DNA of 64,000 nt, from positions 1 through 64,000 of IMG/VR virus record IMGVR_UViG_3300049048_000052; one strand, 5' to 3'. The notes under the pieces are model-generated. The model searched no databases, was not told the origin of the DNA, and worked only from the letters and a program-made list of their open reading frames with translations. The translations under genes and the position numbers were made by a program. The stretch's first letter is position 1. Every line of letters begins with the position of its first letter. Below, piece by piece: positions 29,737 through 39,277 of this stretch.

Positions 29737-30006
29737 TTAATCATCTATAAATGTATCTTTTGAGGATGTCATTATCTTACCGCATACCACCTTATCCTTC
29801 CGACGTACTATTGGTCTGCTATCACAGAACCTCCTCTTACTCCCAGTTATAATGGGGCCTGGTACAGTCTTATCTAGAAGACGTGCTAGACCCCTGCTGT
29901 TAACAAAGGTAGTACGAGAGGCAGTGAGCACGGGACCTGATGGTACAAGGGGCTCACATATAGATTGCACCTTATCTAAGAGACGTACAGCACCTAAACC
30001 GAACAT
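29737..30006 (-). CDS. PAAR-repeat tail spike tip protein
   Basis: Three repeats AVRLLD / LARLLD / IVRRKD with GPVLTAS..VN, GPIITGS..CD, GKIMTSS..ID. Confidence 0.8.
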   Translation of the reverse strand: MFGLGAVRLLDKVQSICEPLVPSGPVLTASRTTFVNSRGLARLLDKTVPGPIITGSKRRFCDSRPIVRRKDKVVCGKIMTSSKDTFIDD

Positions 30007-30332
30007 GACTGATCTCCTCTAAGTATAGAGTCAGCCTGCTCCTGCATACTGAGTTGGTCTAGATATTGATCAAGGGTGCCCTCTTGTTTATGGAGGGTAC
30101 AGTCCTCGATGAAAGAAGGATCACAGTTATCAAAGGTAAGAGAACTGTCCATTACTAGGTTACGTGCAGCCTTTATATGGATGTCCCCATTAGCCATTAA
30201 TGAGATGCTGGAGCCCCCTGCCTTTAAGGTAAAGGATAGTTCTTCTGTCCCATCCACTAATATCATCCTCTCTATATGAATAAGCTTGCTTAATATAGTT
30301 AGTAAGTCTAACTGCTGTTGATCTTCTTTCAT
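29994..30332 (-). CDS. Spike/gp5 C-terminal-like beta protein
   Basis: LSFTLKAGGSSISLMANGDIHIKAA resembles VgrG/gp5 beta-helix strands; adjacent to PAAR. Confidence 0.55.
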   Translation of the reverse strand: MKEDQQQLDLLTILSKLIHIERMILVDGTEELSFTLKAGGSSISLMANGDIHIKAARNLVMDSSLTFDNCDPSFIEDCTLHKQEGTLDQYLDQLSMQEQADSILRGDQSCSV

Positions 30333-30376
30333 ATGTACGCTTAATCCCTTTGATGAATGCTTTCCTCTTGTCCATA

Positions 30377-30826
30377 CTAGCCTATGTTGACTATATCTCT
30401 ATGTAAATCGGTTAAGGTCTTATAAGAAGATATGGAGGCTCCCTTGAGGGTAAGACTAGACACACTAGGACTACTGTCGGCGCTAATGGTAAAGCTCTGG
30501 GTCATATTATGTAGCTTGATGACTACATACTTGTTATCCAGGGTTCCAATAAGGAAAGGCTTCTGGTGAGACTCAGGAACTACTAGGGAACCCTGATGAG
30601 GTCCAGGTCCCTTGTTGATAAGACCGTTGGTAAGGATGATAGTGAAGTCCTTAAGATCAAGGATATCTAATACTGAATCATAAGTACTATCCTCATGCTT
30701 AATTAGTAGTGAGGATATAGGTGCATCCCCTTCAAACTGAAAGGAGACAAGCGATATGGGATCCATGTAGAAATGGGGATTCAACATGGGAAATACAGAT
30801 AGGCTTAGGTCAAATGTTTGAGTCAT
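30377..30826 (-). CDS. Hypothetical protein (baseplate module)
   Basis: First ORF of the minus-strand operon. Confidence 0.55.
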   Translation of the reverse strand: MTQTFDLSLSVFPMLNPHFYMDPISLVSFQFEGDAPISSLLIKHEDSTYDSVLDILDLKDFTIILTNGLINKGPGPHQGSLVVPESHQKPFLIGTLDNKYVVIKLHNMTQSFTISADSSPSVSSLTLKGASISSYKTLTDLHRDIVNIG

Positions 30827-31241
30827 AAGATTAAGTGTCTTATATAAAAGGTTTATACTTATTAGATAATATGGATAGAGGGGTATATGTTGGGCCCTTC
30901 TAGCTTCATATTACTGTAAAAATTATATGGTATTTTTATAGATCGTTATTGAGAGGTTTTCTCTATTGGTATAGCCAATAGGGATATAAGGTTTAGCTCT
31001 TGTTTATCTAGGGTAAGTCTTATGTATACCTGAGCTTCTAAAAAGGGGAATTTTTGTTAGGATTCTCTTAGGTATTATGTGGGGGTAGGTACTCCCCCCT
31101 GGGGGGTCGGCCTGATTCATTTATTAGGATAGAGGAATTCGATGGATTCCTTGTATATCCTGATTAATGATTGGGTCAGCATATGAGTAATGGGTCCTCA
31201 CGGGCCCTTTACTTGTAGTGTAACCCTAGGAGGGTACGAAC

Positions 31242-31661
31242 ATGAAGCGTTACCAAGTGACACAAGCACAACTACTCAACCAAGTCTCCCAAGACCTGGC
31301 TGACTGGTGTTGGCTTGAGCCTGGTGCCGACTACCACCAAGGTGAGATCGTCTGGCTGCCAGACACTCACCCTCTGGTAGGTACTGTGGGTAGCTGTCTC
31401 ACTGAAGTTGCTGACCGGGAGCCTGTCTCCTGTGACAGCTTCAGTGACAAGGTGTTCTACTTCGGCATGACCGGAGTAGCACTGGCAGTGGCTGTGCTTG
31501 GTGGTGTAGTTGTACTACACGGCTTGCTCTCCTCTGTACCTACTAACGTAGGGCAGAGCCTGGGCAAGCGTAGCCACTTCTACGCCTCCTTCGTTGACGG
31601 TCAACCAGCCTGTGAGCTGCTTGATCTCAACGGGGATAATATCCCTGACATCTGCGACTAG
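31242..31661 (+). CDS. Membrane protein with C-terminal DxDGD-type calcium-binding loop
   Basis: Hydrophobic GVALAVAVLGGVVVLHGLL segment; DLNGDNIPDICD terminus. Confidence 0.55.
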   Translation: MKRYQVTQAQLLNQVSQDLADWCWLEPGADYHQGEIVWLPDTHPLVGTVGSCLTEVADREPVSCDSFSDKVFYFGMTGVALAVAVLGGVVVLHGLLSSVPTNVGQSLGKRSHFYASFVDGQPACELLDLNGDNIPDICD

Positions 31662-31721
31662 TAGGTGTCATAAGAAAAGGCCTATATGGCCCTTTTCTTA
31701 TGTTTATAGAGGAATACTCTC

Positions 31722-31877
31722 ATGGCTACTCACATCCGTTTCTGCCTGTACGCATTGGTGATTGTGTATAGTACACCTGTGGCTCTGGTCCGTGTGTACT
31801 ATACACACACCTGCTTGGTACAGGTCCAAGTACAAGAATACATCTGCCAAGAGGTAGATGAAGATATGCCTTATTAA
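31722..31877 (+). CDS. Small hydrophobic protein, 51 aa
   Basis: MATHIRFCLYALVIVYSTPVALVRV... with GAGGA SD, between two modules. Confidence 0.55.
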   Translation: MATHIRFCLYALVIVYSTPVALVRVYYTHTCLVQVQVQEYICQEVDEDMPY

Positions 31878-31946
31878 CCCCTCCTAGGACAAAGGGCTCT
31901 CCACAGGGCCCTTTTCTTGTACCTTTTGTCCTAGGAGGGCAAGAAT

Positions 31947-32162
31947 ATGTTTAAGTTTCCTGGTAAGTCTGATAAGTCTTCTCAGTTCAAAGAGGACATG
32001 GTCAAGGTGACCATGGCTGCCGAATTGGCCAACTTAGAGGGGCAGGCAGGGGAGGATTACCTCTTGTTCTGTACTCCAGAGCCTGAGGTTACCTCCGCTG
32101 ATCACCTGCTTGATGCAGGTGCTCCGCCTGCTAAACCTACCGGGTGGAATCCCATAGTCTAG
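31947..32162 (+). CDS. Hypothetical early protein
   Basis: AGGAGG SD, module-flanked. Confidence 0.65.
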   Translation: MFKFPGKSDKSSQFKEDMVKVTMAAELANLEGQAGEDYLLFCTPEPEVTSADHLLDAGAPPAKPTGWNPIV

Positions 32163-32225
32163 GTTAAGTAACAAAAGGGTCAGCAATGGCCCTTTTGTTA
32201 TCTTTAGTCCTAGGAGGACATCACA

Positions 32226-32504
32226 ATGGGTTACATTATCTCTTTGTTCCTTGGTGCTCTGTTGGGTGGTGGGTCTGCTGCTAGCGTTCTCATCATCCGT
32301 CATCGTGCTTCTATGGAACGTATGGGTCTTATGGTAGCGGATACCCGTGCTCAGCTCCGCGCTGAGATCAAATACCGGGGTCTCCTGGTAGAAGAGTCTC
32401 GACACTATAAGCAGTTGGAATACCTTGTGGATAAGCATCTAAATGATGCTGACTCCACTAAGGAGGACCTACATGATGCTTATCGTGAGCGTCTGGGTCT
32501 CTAA
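32226..32504 (+). CDS. N-terminally anchored coiled-coil protein
   Basis: MGYIISLFLGALLGGG.. hydrophobic start, similar to the start of 33057. Confidence 0.65.
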   Translation: MGYIISLFLGALLGGGSAASVLIIRHRASMERMGLMVADTRAQLRAEIKYRGLLVEESRHYKQLEYLVDKHLNDADSTKEDLHDAYRERLGL

Positions 32505-32654
32505 TTAAACTAAAAGGGCCTTCATTGGCCCTTTCTTTATCTTAAATAGCAACAATAAGGGGCTTGTTCCCTTTGAGCTATTCCCTAGGAACATTAACAC
32601 AAAGATAGGCCTAATGGCCTTTTTCTTAGTTGTTAGTCCTAGGAGGACACAGTT

Positions 32655-32993
32655 ATGCCTACGACCTACCTGACCGTAGCTCGCCTTTGCTCTTGGTATC
32701 ATCTCGCCTACCTCCTTGAGGAGCGGGAACAGATCAAGAGTGAGATTGATACAATCAATGGACTCTATAAGAGTCTACATTGTGTTAATGCCCGTAAGGC
32801 GGGTAAGCGATATCAGAGGGAAGTACACCATACTCTGCGCATTGTGGATCGTAAGATCCGCCGTGAGTTAGAAGAATTGGAGTGCTTCTTACTCCACGGT
32901 CGGCTACCAGCACCGCCACCAAAAGGTGTGAATGTGCTGGGTGCTATGAGATTATATATGGATCAGTGTGTAAGCACCTCCGTTAATCCATAG
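32655..32993 (+). CDS. Hypothetical early protein
   Basis: SD, module-flanked. Confidence 0.65.
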   Translation: MPTTYLTVARLCSWYHLAYLLEEREQIKSEIDTINGLYKSLHCVNARKAGKRYQREVHHTLRIVDRKIRRELEELECFLLHGRLPAPPPKGVNVLGAMRLYMDQCVSTSVNP

Positions 32994-33056
32994 TAGATAA
33001 CAAGAGAGGGCCTTCATCGGCCCTTTTCTTGTTCTATAGCCTAGGAGGCTAAGTAT

Positions 33057-33440
33057 ATGATCGGCTACATCATCTCCGCTCTATTGTCCGCTGGCACGGT
33101 GTTAGGGGTAACCCTAACAGTAATCCAGGCTAAGGATGATAAGATTGAGCAGCTACAAAGCATGCTCAATCATGAGGTAAAGATGAAAACCCTAGCTGAC
33201 CAGTTTGCTGAGGTTTGTCTCGATGGTCGAGATCAGGCCCAGCAATGCTCTGATAAGTACTGGGAAGATCTTCAGAGAGCTAACACTCTCCTGAAGAAGT
33301 ACCAGGAGCTTAACGGTGCTAATGGTCGGTTAGAGTCAGCCCTAAGAGAGCGTATTGCTCTCTTGGAGGAACAGCTAGAAACACTAAAGAGTATTCATGA
33401 ATTGGATACTCTCCATGTGAGAAGGCTGGACCTGAACTAA
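33057..33440 (+). CDS. N-terminally anchored coiled-coil protein
   Basis: MIGYIISALLSAG.. TM segment then heptads. Confidence 0.65.
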   Translation: MIGYIISALLSAGTVLGVTLTVIQAKDDKIEQLQSMLNHEVKMKTLADQFAEVCLDGRDQAQQCSDKYWEDLQRANTLLKKYQELNGANGRLESALRERIALLEEQLETLKSIHELDTLHVRRLDLN

Positions 33441-33541
33441 CACAATAAAAGGATTGTTGAGGTGGATCGCTACAGGCTATTCCACTCTCTACAGGAATAG
33501 GACCTCAATGGTCCTTTTATTGTTCTATTGGAGATACTCCT

Positions 33542-33733
33542 ATGTCTATTATTCACCATCCGCCGACTAACACTTTCTTTCTACATGCAAATGGACAGCT
33601 AACTCCACTAACATATCAGGATCTAATCCTGCTCTGTGTTATGTATGGGGTTAGTTGGATTCGGTTGCTCTCTATATATAAGTTGGCAGATGGATTAACT
33701 AATACTAGGTTGCGGTCCAAATACGGACTGTAA
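33542..33733 (+). CDS. Hypothetical early protein
   Basis: GGAG SD, module-flanked. Confidence 0.55.
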   Translation: MSIIHHPPTNTFFLHANGQLTPLTYQDLILLCVMYGVSWIRLLSIYKLADGLTNTRLRSKYGL

Positions 33734-33786
33734 TCTAGATGAGGGCCTAAGGGCCCTCTTATTAGTTGTTAGTCCTAGGAGGACCT

Positions 33787-34086
33787 ATGCAATATAAGAT
33801 CGCCAACATCGACCTGTTCCGCTCCATGACCTCTTGGATGTGCCTGCAGCATCCTTGGGATGGTGGTGAACTGGTGGAGCTGACTGGAGACGAGTTTGAT
33901 CTACTGGTCTACTCTCTAGATCTCACATGGGGTCTAAAAGAGGAGGATGATACCTTCGCTATCTTCCTGGAGGAGATAGATGAGATGATTGCATCTCAAG
34001 AGAAGTATCGCTCTTGTCCTAAGATGCGTGACCATATCCCAGAGCCTATCGACTGGGATGACCTGGATAGCTTGTTAGACTTCTAG
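33787..34086 (+). CDS. Acidic hypothetical early protein
   Basis: ATG after AGGAGG; ends DWDDLDSLLDF. Confidence 0.65.
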   Translation: MQYKIANIDLFRSMTSWMCLQHPWDGGELVELTGDEFDLLVYSLDLTWGLKEEDDTFAIFLEEIDEMIASQEKYRSCPKMRDHIPEPIDWDDLDSLLDF

Positions 34087-34147
34087 GTAGACTAATAATA
34101 GGGCTAGCAATGGCCCTATTATTAGTTGTTAACCCTAGGAGGGTAGT

Positions 34148-34321
34148 ATGGATTACGTTATGATCTGTGATGCTAACGGCATGGTAGATTCTATCCCGGA
34201 TGATGAGACACTTGATAAGACAGTTGATGCCTTGATCAACCCTCTCGAATGGGGTGAGGAGTCTGCCATTAACCGCAACACCATTGCGGCATACCCTCTA
34301 GTTATCAATACTGCTAACTAG
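34148..34321 (+). CDS. Small acidic protein, 57 aa (MDYVMICDANG...)
   Basis: Below the ORF-track cut-off; AGGAGG SD, module-flanked. Confidence 0.6.
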   Translation: MDYVMICDANGMVDSIPDDETLDKTVDALINPLEWGEESAINRNTIAAYPLVINTAN

Positions 34322-34382
34322 GATAAGACATAAGGAGGGCTTTGGCCCTTTTTATGTTCTATTGTCCTAGGAGGACTTCGAT

Positions 34383-34829
34383 ATGTCTACCAAACTCGCT
34401 AAGCTTTACAATGTACAAGCCAAGCTGATGGAGGAACTCAATGAGCTGCAAGGCTTCTTGGGTTGCTTCCATAGCGTGGCTATGCTGCGTAGGCTAGATG
34501 AGCGTGAGGATCTTCTTATAAGTCTGCTCAGGTTAGTCGAGGATAATATCCAGACTGAACTGAACATATTAGATAATATAGATAACCTTGCGGGTATCGG
34601 TGGCAAGGGCGGTAGGATCCACTTCTACGTTAAAGCAGAGGTGGATACTAACGTTGGTGAGATTGAGTATGATGGAGGATTCTTCGGAGACCTCTCTCAG
34701 GATCGTACTCAGTGGTCCCGCTCTAAGCAGGCTAGGCTTCATGGAGGACACAAGTGCCTCAAGAAGTGGAAGCGCTCAGGGCGCTATGCTCGCCGTATGA
34801 CTAACCGTATTGACAAGTACGCCTGTTAG
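34383..34829 (+). CDS. Hypothetical early protein
   Basis: SD, module-flanked. Confidence 0.65.
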   Translation: MSTKLAKLYNVQAKLMEELNELQGFLGCFHSVAMLRRLDEREDLLISLLRLVEDNIQTELNILDNIDNLAGIGGKGGRIHFYVKAEVDTNVGEIEYDGGFFGDLSQDRTQWSRSKQARLHGGHKCLKKWKRSGRYARRMTNRIDKYAC

Positions 34830-34943
34830 TCAACACTAATAAAAGGGTTGTAGTGATCACCACTACAGACTAAGTCCAATTCACCTCAGGACTAGGGCCA
34901 ACTATGGCCCTTTTATTAGTTTACAGTCTAGGAGAGTACTAGT

Positions 34944-35201
34944 ATGCATTGCGATATCCGGAGCTACCAGCAATTACTTTGGGAGAAATCCTATTGTCAT
35001 CGTAAGGCACTGCTATTTTTAAACCTCTGGCACTTTAGGCGTTATGAGGAGGATAGAATAGCGGCAATGAATTACTGCATAATGTGGGGTGAGACACTTT
35101 CTCATATGCAGGAGAAGGGTATGTTAGTAGAACCAACTGACATTGCGATTGATAGTTATAGTATCGATTGCCTGCTCCAATATTGGAGGGAGGAGCAATA
35201 A
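34944..35201 (+). CDS. Hypothetical early protein
   Basis: Module-flanked. Confidence 0.55.
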   Translation: MHCDIRSYQQLLWEKSYCHRKALLFLNLWHFRRYEEDRIAAMNYCIMWGETLSHMQEKGMLVEPTDIAIDSYSIDCLLQYWREEQ

Positions 35202-35281
35202 CTTAATAAAAGGGCTCTATCAGGGGCCCTTTTATTAAGGAGATAGCCCAATACACTACATTCAATGGGCTCAATCATGCC

Positions 35282-35899
35282 ATGTCTATTTCTACTTCTT
35301 TGACTATCAAAGGTGCAGTTGTCGTGGGTAGCGGTGCCCAAGCAGTAACCTTCCTACATCCTAAGACAGGATACCTAGTTAAGGTAGCTAGACCAATTGA
35401 GTGGATGGAGGATCAAGACATCCTAAGGGAGGCCTTACTACAGCTATTAGCCTCTGTAGATGGTATAGCACCTAAGGTATATACTTGGAACAATGATGCC
35501 TTAGAGATAGAGATGGAGTATGTACCCTATAAGTTCATTGAGACAGTGGACAGCTACCTGGCTAATGATAACTGGGGTGCCGTACGCTCTCTATATTATT
35601 GGGCAGGTGTACAACTAGGTAAACTCCATAAGTTGGGGCTAGTCCACCTAGATAGCCATCCTAAGAACTGGATGGTCAACGAGGAAGGTATGCCTATTCT
35701 CATTGACTATGGGTTTGCCCAGGAGACAGATGATGCAACTCTGAGGGTTGTAGATTACACTACCTGTCTCTATGGGGATACCACCAGAGGTAAAGCCTAT
35801 GTAGGTCTACTAGGTATAGTTAATGATTTGGACCAAGAGGATAAGGATGACCTAGAGCAATGTTTTGCTAAGGGTTACCTCTTAGGTAAGGAGGGTTAA
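35282..35899 (+). CDS. Protein kinase-like (Bud32/RIO-type minimal kinase)
   Basis: VGSGAQA Gly loop, VKV lysine, EMEYV hinge, HLDSHPKN catalytic loop, IDYG. Confidence 0.88.
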   Translation: MSISTSLTIKGAVVVGSGAQAVTFLHPKTGYLVKVARPIEWMEDQDILREALLQLLASVDGIAPKVYTWNNDALEIEMEYVPYKFIETVDSYLANDNWGAVRSLYYWAGVQLGKLHKLGLVHLDSHPKNWMVNEEGMPILIDYGFAQETDDATLRVVDYTTCLYGDTTRGKAYVGLLGIVNDLDQEDKDDLEQCFAKGYLLGKEG

Positions 35900-35988
35900 T
35901 GTAAGGGCCTTTGCATGTTACCGTAGGACACATGCTTAATGCCTGACCCTTTTATAATTAATCGTATATATACGAATGGAATGACCAT

Positions 35989-36168
35989 ATGAAGATAAGC
36001 AGACAGGTGTTGGCCTTCCTTAGGATCATTGAGGATCTAAGAGCTAAGGGTATGCCCAGCGAGACTCTAATCGGATATTGCCAACATAAACTGGATAATG
36101 GTGCCCTAACTGAATTAGAGGTAGCTGAGATAAAAGCAAAGATGAGGATGTTAAAAGTAGAGGCCTAA
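35989..36168 (+). CDS. Small hypothetical protein, 59 aa
   Basis: Open frame MKISRQVLAFLRIIEDLRAKG... ending in the next module hairpin. Confidence 0.45.
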   Translation: MKISRQVLAFLRIIEDLRAKGMPSETLIGYCQHKLDNGALTELEVAEIKAKMRMLKVEA

Positions 36169-36226
36169 GGGCCCTTTTCTTATCCTAGATGCAAACAATC
36201 ATCAGTTCTAGGGTAGGAGATGCACT

Positions 36227-37471
36227 ATGAAGACCCTCAAGCAAGCACTGCTCAATGTACTAAGCAATGGTGTTAGCACTCAACAGTGGCAGGCATTGGA
36301 GGACAGGGGTATGAAAGGTTACCAAGAATTTGACAATATCCAGGCCTTGTCTGATAAGGTATCGATCAAGCAGGTAGCAGACATGGTCAAGTTGATAGCC
36401 CAGTCCATTGCCCTAACTTACCTCGTTGAAGGTAAGGGACGTAACATAGTTATCCTGGGTAGAGATCTATGGCCAGTGTACCCACTCTTAAAGAAGAATC
36501 CTTATTGCAGAAATAAGGTGCAGTACTTCTTATTCTCCAGACTACAATTGGGGGATAAGGGTACTCGGGAGCAATGGCTTAAAGAGGTGCCCCCAAACTC
36601 CATTGTGATTGATACAGGGTATGCTGGCAGCATATTCAAGGCTATCAAAGAGTTTGATCCCACTATTGAAGGATGGCTTGTATCTAGTAGGTCCTCTGAG
36701 TTCAAACAAATTAATCTCTTCAAGGCTACGTTGGGTCACCAAGAGATAGTAGAGATTATTGAGAGGGCACCTAAGATCATTGGCCGCTGTGTGGCTATAG
36801 ATCAGGATGGTAAGGCTCGTTGTCCTCAGGATACTAGAGACAACGATGAAAATGGACAATTCTCTGTTAGAGAGGCAGCCCTATGGAATAGAGGGTTAAT
36901 GCTTCACTTAGGACTTGATGCTCGTTGGGGTACATTCAGTGGTATTGTGCCTGAGGATCGGGTGCCTAATAAGTTACATAGCCACTACCTTAAGGTTAGA
37001 TATCTAAGATCTAAGCTTACAGACGTTAATACTAGCCGGGCTCCATTCAGAGCTAAGCTAGATAAGAAATGGCTTGAGCAGTTCATCAGAGCATACCTTG
37101 TACCCTTAGGTATTAAGGACTGTAAGCTAGATGACAAAGCCCAAGCCTCCGTGGGTTATTACAGCTTCGTTGGTAATAATGGAGATGTATTCGACCTAGA
37201 CCTTTGCCCGATAGTAGGTTCCTGGCGACTAATGAAAGGGGGCCATACCACTATATTGAGGTGGAATGAGTTCGATGGTCTAGTGGTGAGGACTCGCCGC
37301 TTTGAAAGTAAGGGGTTCGCCAAAGCATGTGAAATGTTTGGATCCTTAGCTCAGTACACAAAGGAGCTCTACTATAATCCTGACTCCGCAGATGTATACG
37401 ATGATTATGGTCCATATGATGACACCTATGATTATAGTGAGGACTCGGGTGGTGGTAATCTAGAGTTCTAA
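36227..37471 (+). CDS. PRTase-like fold protein
   Basis: ILGRDLWP and IVIDTGYAGSI motifs resemble PRPP-binding-loop proteins. Confidence 0.45.
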   Translation: MKTLKQALLNVLSNGVSTQQWQALEDRGMKGYQEFDNIQALSDKVSIKQVADMVKLIAQSIALTYLVEGKGRNIVILGRDLWPVYPLLKKNPYCRNKVQYFLFSRLQLGDKGTREQWLKEVPPNSIVIDTGYAGSIFKAIKEFDPTIEGWLVSSRSSEFKQINLFKATLGHQEIVEIIERAPKIIGRCVAIDQDGKARCPQDTRDNDENGQFSVREAALWNRGLMLHLGLDARWGTFSGIVPEDRVPNKLHSHYLKVRYLRSKLTDVNTSRAPFRAKLDKKWLEQFIRAYLVPLGIKDCKLDDKAQASVGYYSFVGNNGDVFDLDLCPIVGSWRLMKGGHTTILRWNEFDGLVVRTRRFESKGFAKACEMFGSLAQYTKELYYNPDSADVYDDYGPYDDTYDYSEDSGGGNLEF

Positions 37472-37551
37472 GATGTGGTTAAGAGGGCCCAGTCGGGCCC
37501 TTTTCTTATCCTAGGTAATAATCTATCTGTCCTAGGTTAGGAGATACACTC

Positions 37552-38001
37552 ATGTCCGTATACTATATCATCAACCAAGACAACTCTATCGTTCTGTCTG
37601 TAGGCGACGATGCTCGTTGCGGTGCAATCTACGACCAACAACAAGCAGAAGAGATTGCTGAAGGTTGCTATGATTGGGAAGTTATCTCTTTCCCTGCCTC
37701 ACCTATTCAGGTAACAGAACGGAAGTGGAAGGTTAATATTGTCCTACAGTTTGTAGGCGGTACTGACCGCAAAGAGTTCTTTGTGATGGGTACTTCTGCT
37801 CTAACTGTAGCCGAGCAGTTCAAAACTATTATCTTGAGCCGCTACCATGATTACATCTGGGCTGAGCAAGCACGTACTGCTAAGCCCTACCTTATTGGGG
37901 ATACACATGCACATTTCGAATTGGATTCCAATCGTAAGACCATTACAGTCAATGAGTATAGGGAGCCAGAGTTTAAGTCTGTGCGTGATATCAACTTCTA
38001 G
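37552..38001 (+). CDS. Hypothetical early protein
   Basis: GGAGATACACT leader. Confidence 0.65.
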   Translation: MSVYYIINQDNSIVLSVGDDARCGAIYDQQQAEEIAEGCYDWEVISFPASPIQVTERKWKVNIVLQFVGGTDRKEFFVMGTSALTVAEQFKTIILSRYHDYIWAEQARTAKPYLIGDTHAHFELDSNRKTITVNEYREPEFKSVRDINF

Positions 38002-38083
38002 ATTTGAATGAGTAGATGAGGGCCAGATATCTGGCCCTTTTCTTGTCCTAACACTTACTTTACCTAGGACAAGGAGATACACT

Positions 38084-39277
38084 ATGTCTATTTGTCAGTC
38101 TTGCGTATTCTACTTCAATCAAGACAACCATGGAGTGAAAACAATGTTATGTTCAGGTGGTTTGACTCTAGGAGTAGACAGTTGCTCTGGCTACGATGAG
38201 GGGGAGCCTAATATTCAGGACTCTTACCTTAACAAAGAAGTGATGGCTACTCTCGTGAACCCTGAGCCATCTATCCCAATAAGAGTAGTATCGATATCTG
38301 AGTCTCAAGCTTATGAGCGCCTGCTCTTTAGTTATAATGAGAATGGTTATGAGTGGACACCTATAGATGTCTACAATAACCGCATCGTCATTATTACCAA
38401 CTGTGGTGCCTATGCATGGTACTACCGTAGAGGGGTGGATAATGTATGGACCTTCCAGAGTTATGATGGAGGGGACACATTTGATGCCGTAGGTGATACA
38501 CCTCTACTAGCCTATCTCAGATATGACGGCTTCTGGGACTTTGAGCATGTCAGCTTAGAAAGAGAAACCAATGCCATTGCTATCAGCAGTGAGTTTGCTA
38601 TTGTAGGGTCTCCAGTAGGTTATTTCATTGGGCACCTAGTATTACAAGAGAACCTTACGACCCGTATCTGGGGTCTCATGCCTAAGTGCTTCAGGACTGA
38701 AGATGATGCGTATCGATATCTCCTGGATGACGCGAACAATATTACTGTCAGCAAGATCGAACTGGGCAACTCCTGTGACTCAGACCTGGGTCACTGGGTT
38801 AGAGATCTCCAGTCAATGGAAGATATGGATGATGTAACCATATATCCTATGGGTGATCTATTGGTCGTAGCCAAATGCTTTGCGCCTGATATGGACTGGC
38901 ATGTCATGACTAAGGCCTTTCAGATCGTGTGGAGTATCTCTAACTTCTTCGAGGAGGGATACTACCTCAGCCTGGAGGAGGTAGTGACCATGTACAAACA
39001 AGAGTCCCTACTTATACCTTGTCCATCTGTAGATTGTCCAGAGTATATGAAGGAGTTAGGGACTCTGTTCCCTAACCTTGAGTTTACATTCGAGGATGTA
39101 ACTGGGGATGGTCAGATCTATGCTACTTACAGCACAGATGAGACTATATTCTCTATTACTTCTCATGAACCAGGGATGTACTATGCCAGATTACATACTC
39201 CTGACGGTAATGAGGATCTTGAGAGTGATAGTCTGACAACTATTGCTGAGCACTACCTTGCTTACTTTCTGAGTTAG
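38084..39277 (+). CDS. Acidic hypothetical protein with N-terminal Cys cluster
   Basis: MSICQSCVFY..C..C; GGAGATACACT leader. Confidence 0.65.
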   Translation: MSICQSCVFYFNQDNHGVKTMLCSGGLTLGVDSCSGYDEGEPNIQDSYLNKEVMATLVNPEPSIPIRVVSISESQAYERLLFSYNENGYEWTPIDVYNNRIVIITNCGAYAWYYRRGVDNVWTFQSYDGGDTFDAVGDTPLLAYLRYDGFWDFEHVSLERETNAIAISSEFAIVGSPVGYFIGHLVLQENLTTRIWGLMPKCFRTEDDAYRYLLDDANNITVSKIELGNSCDSDLGHWVRDLQSMEDMDDVTIYPMGDLLVVAKCFAPDMDWHVMTKAFQIVWSISNFFEEGYYLSLEEVVTMYKQESLLIPCPSVDCPEYMKELGTLFPNLEFTFEDVTGDGQIYATYSTDETIFSITSHEPGMYYARLHTPDGNEDLESDSLTTIAEHYLAYFLS

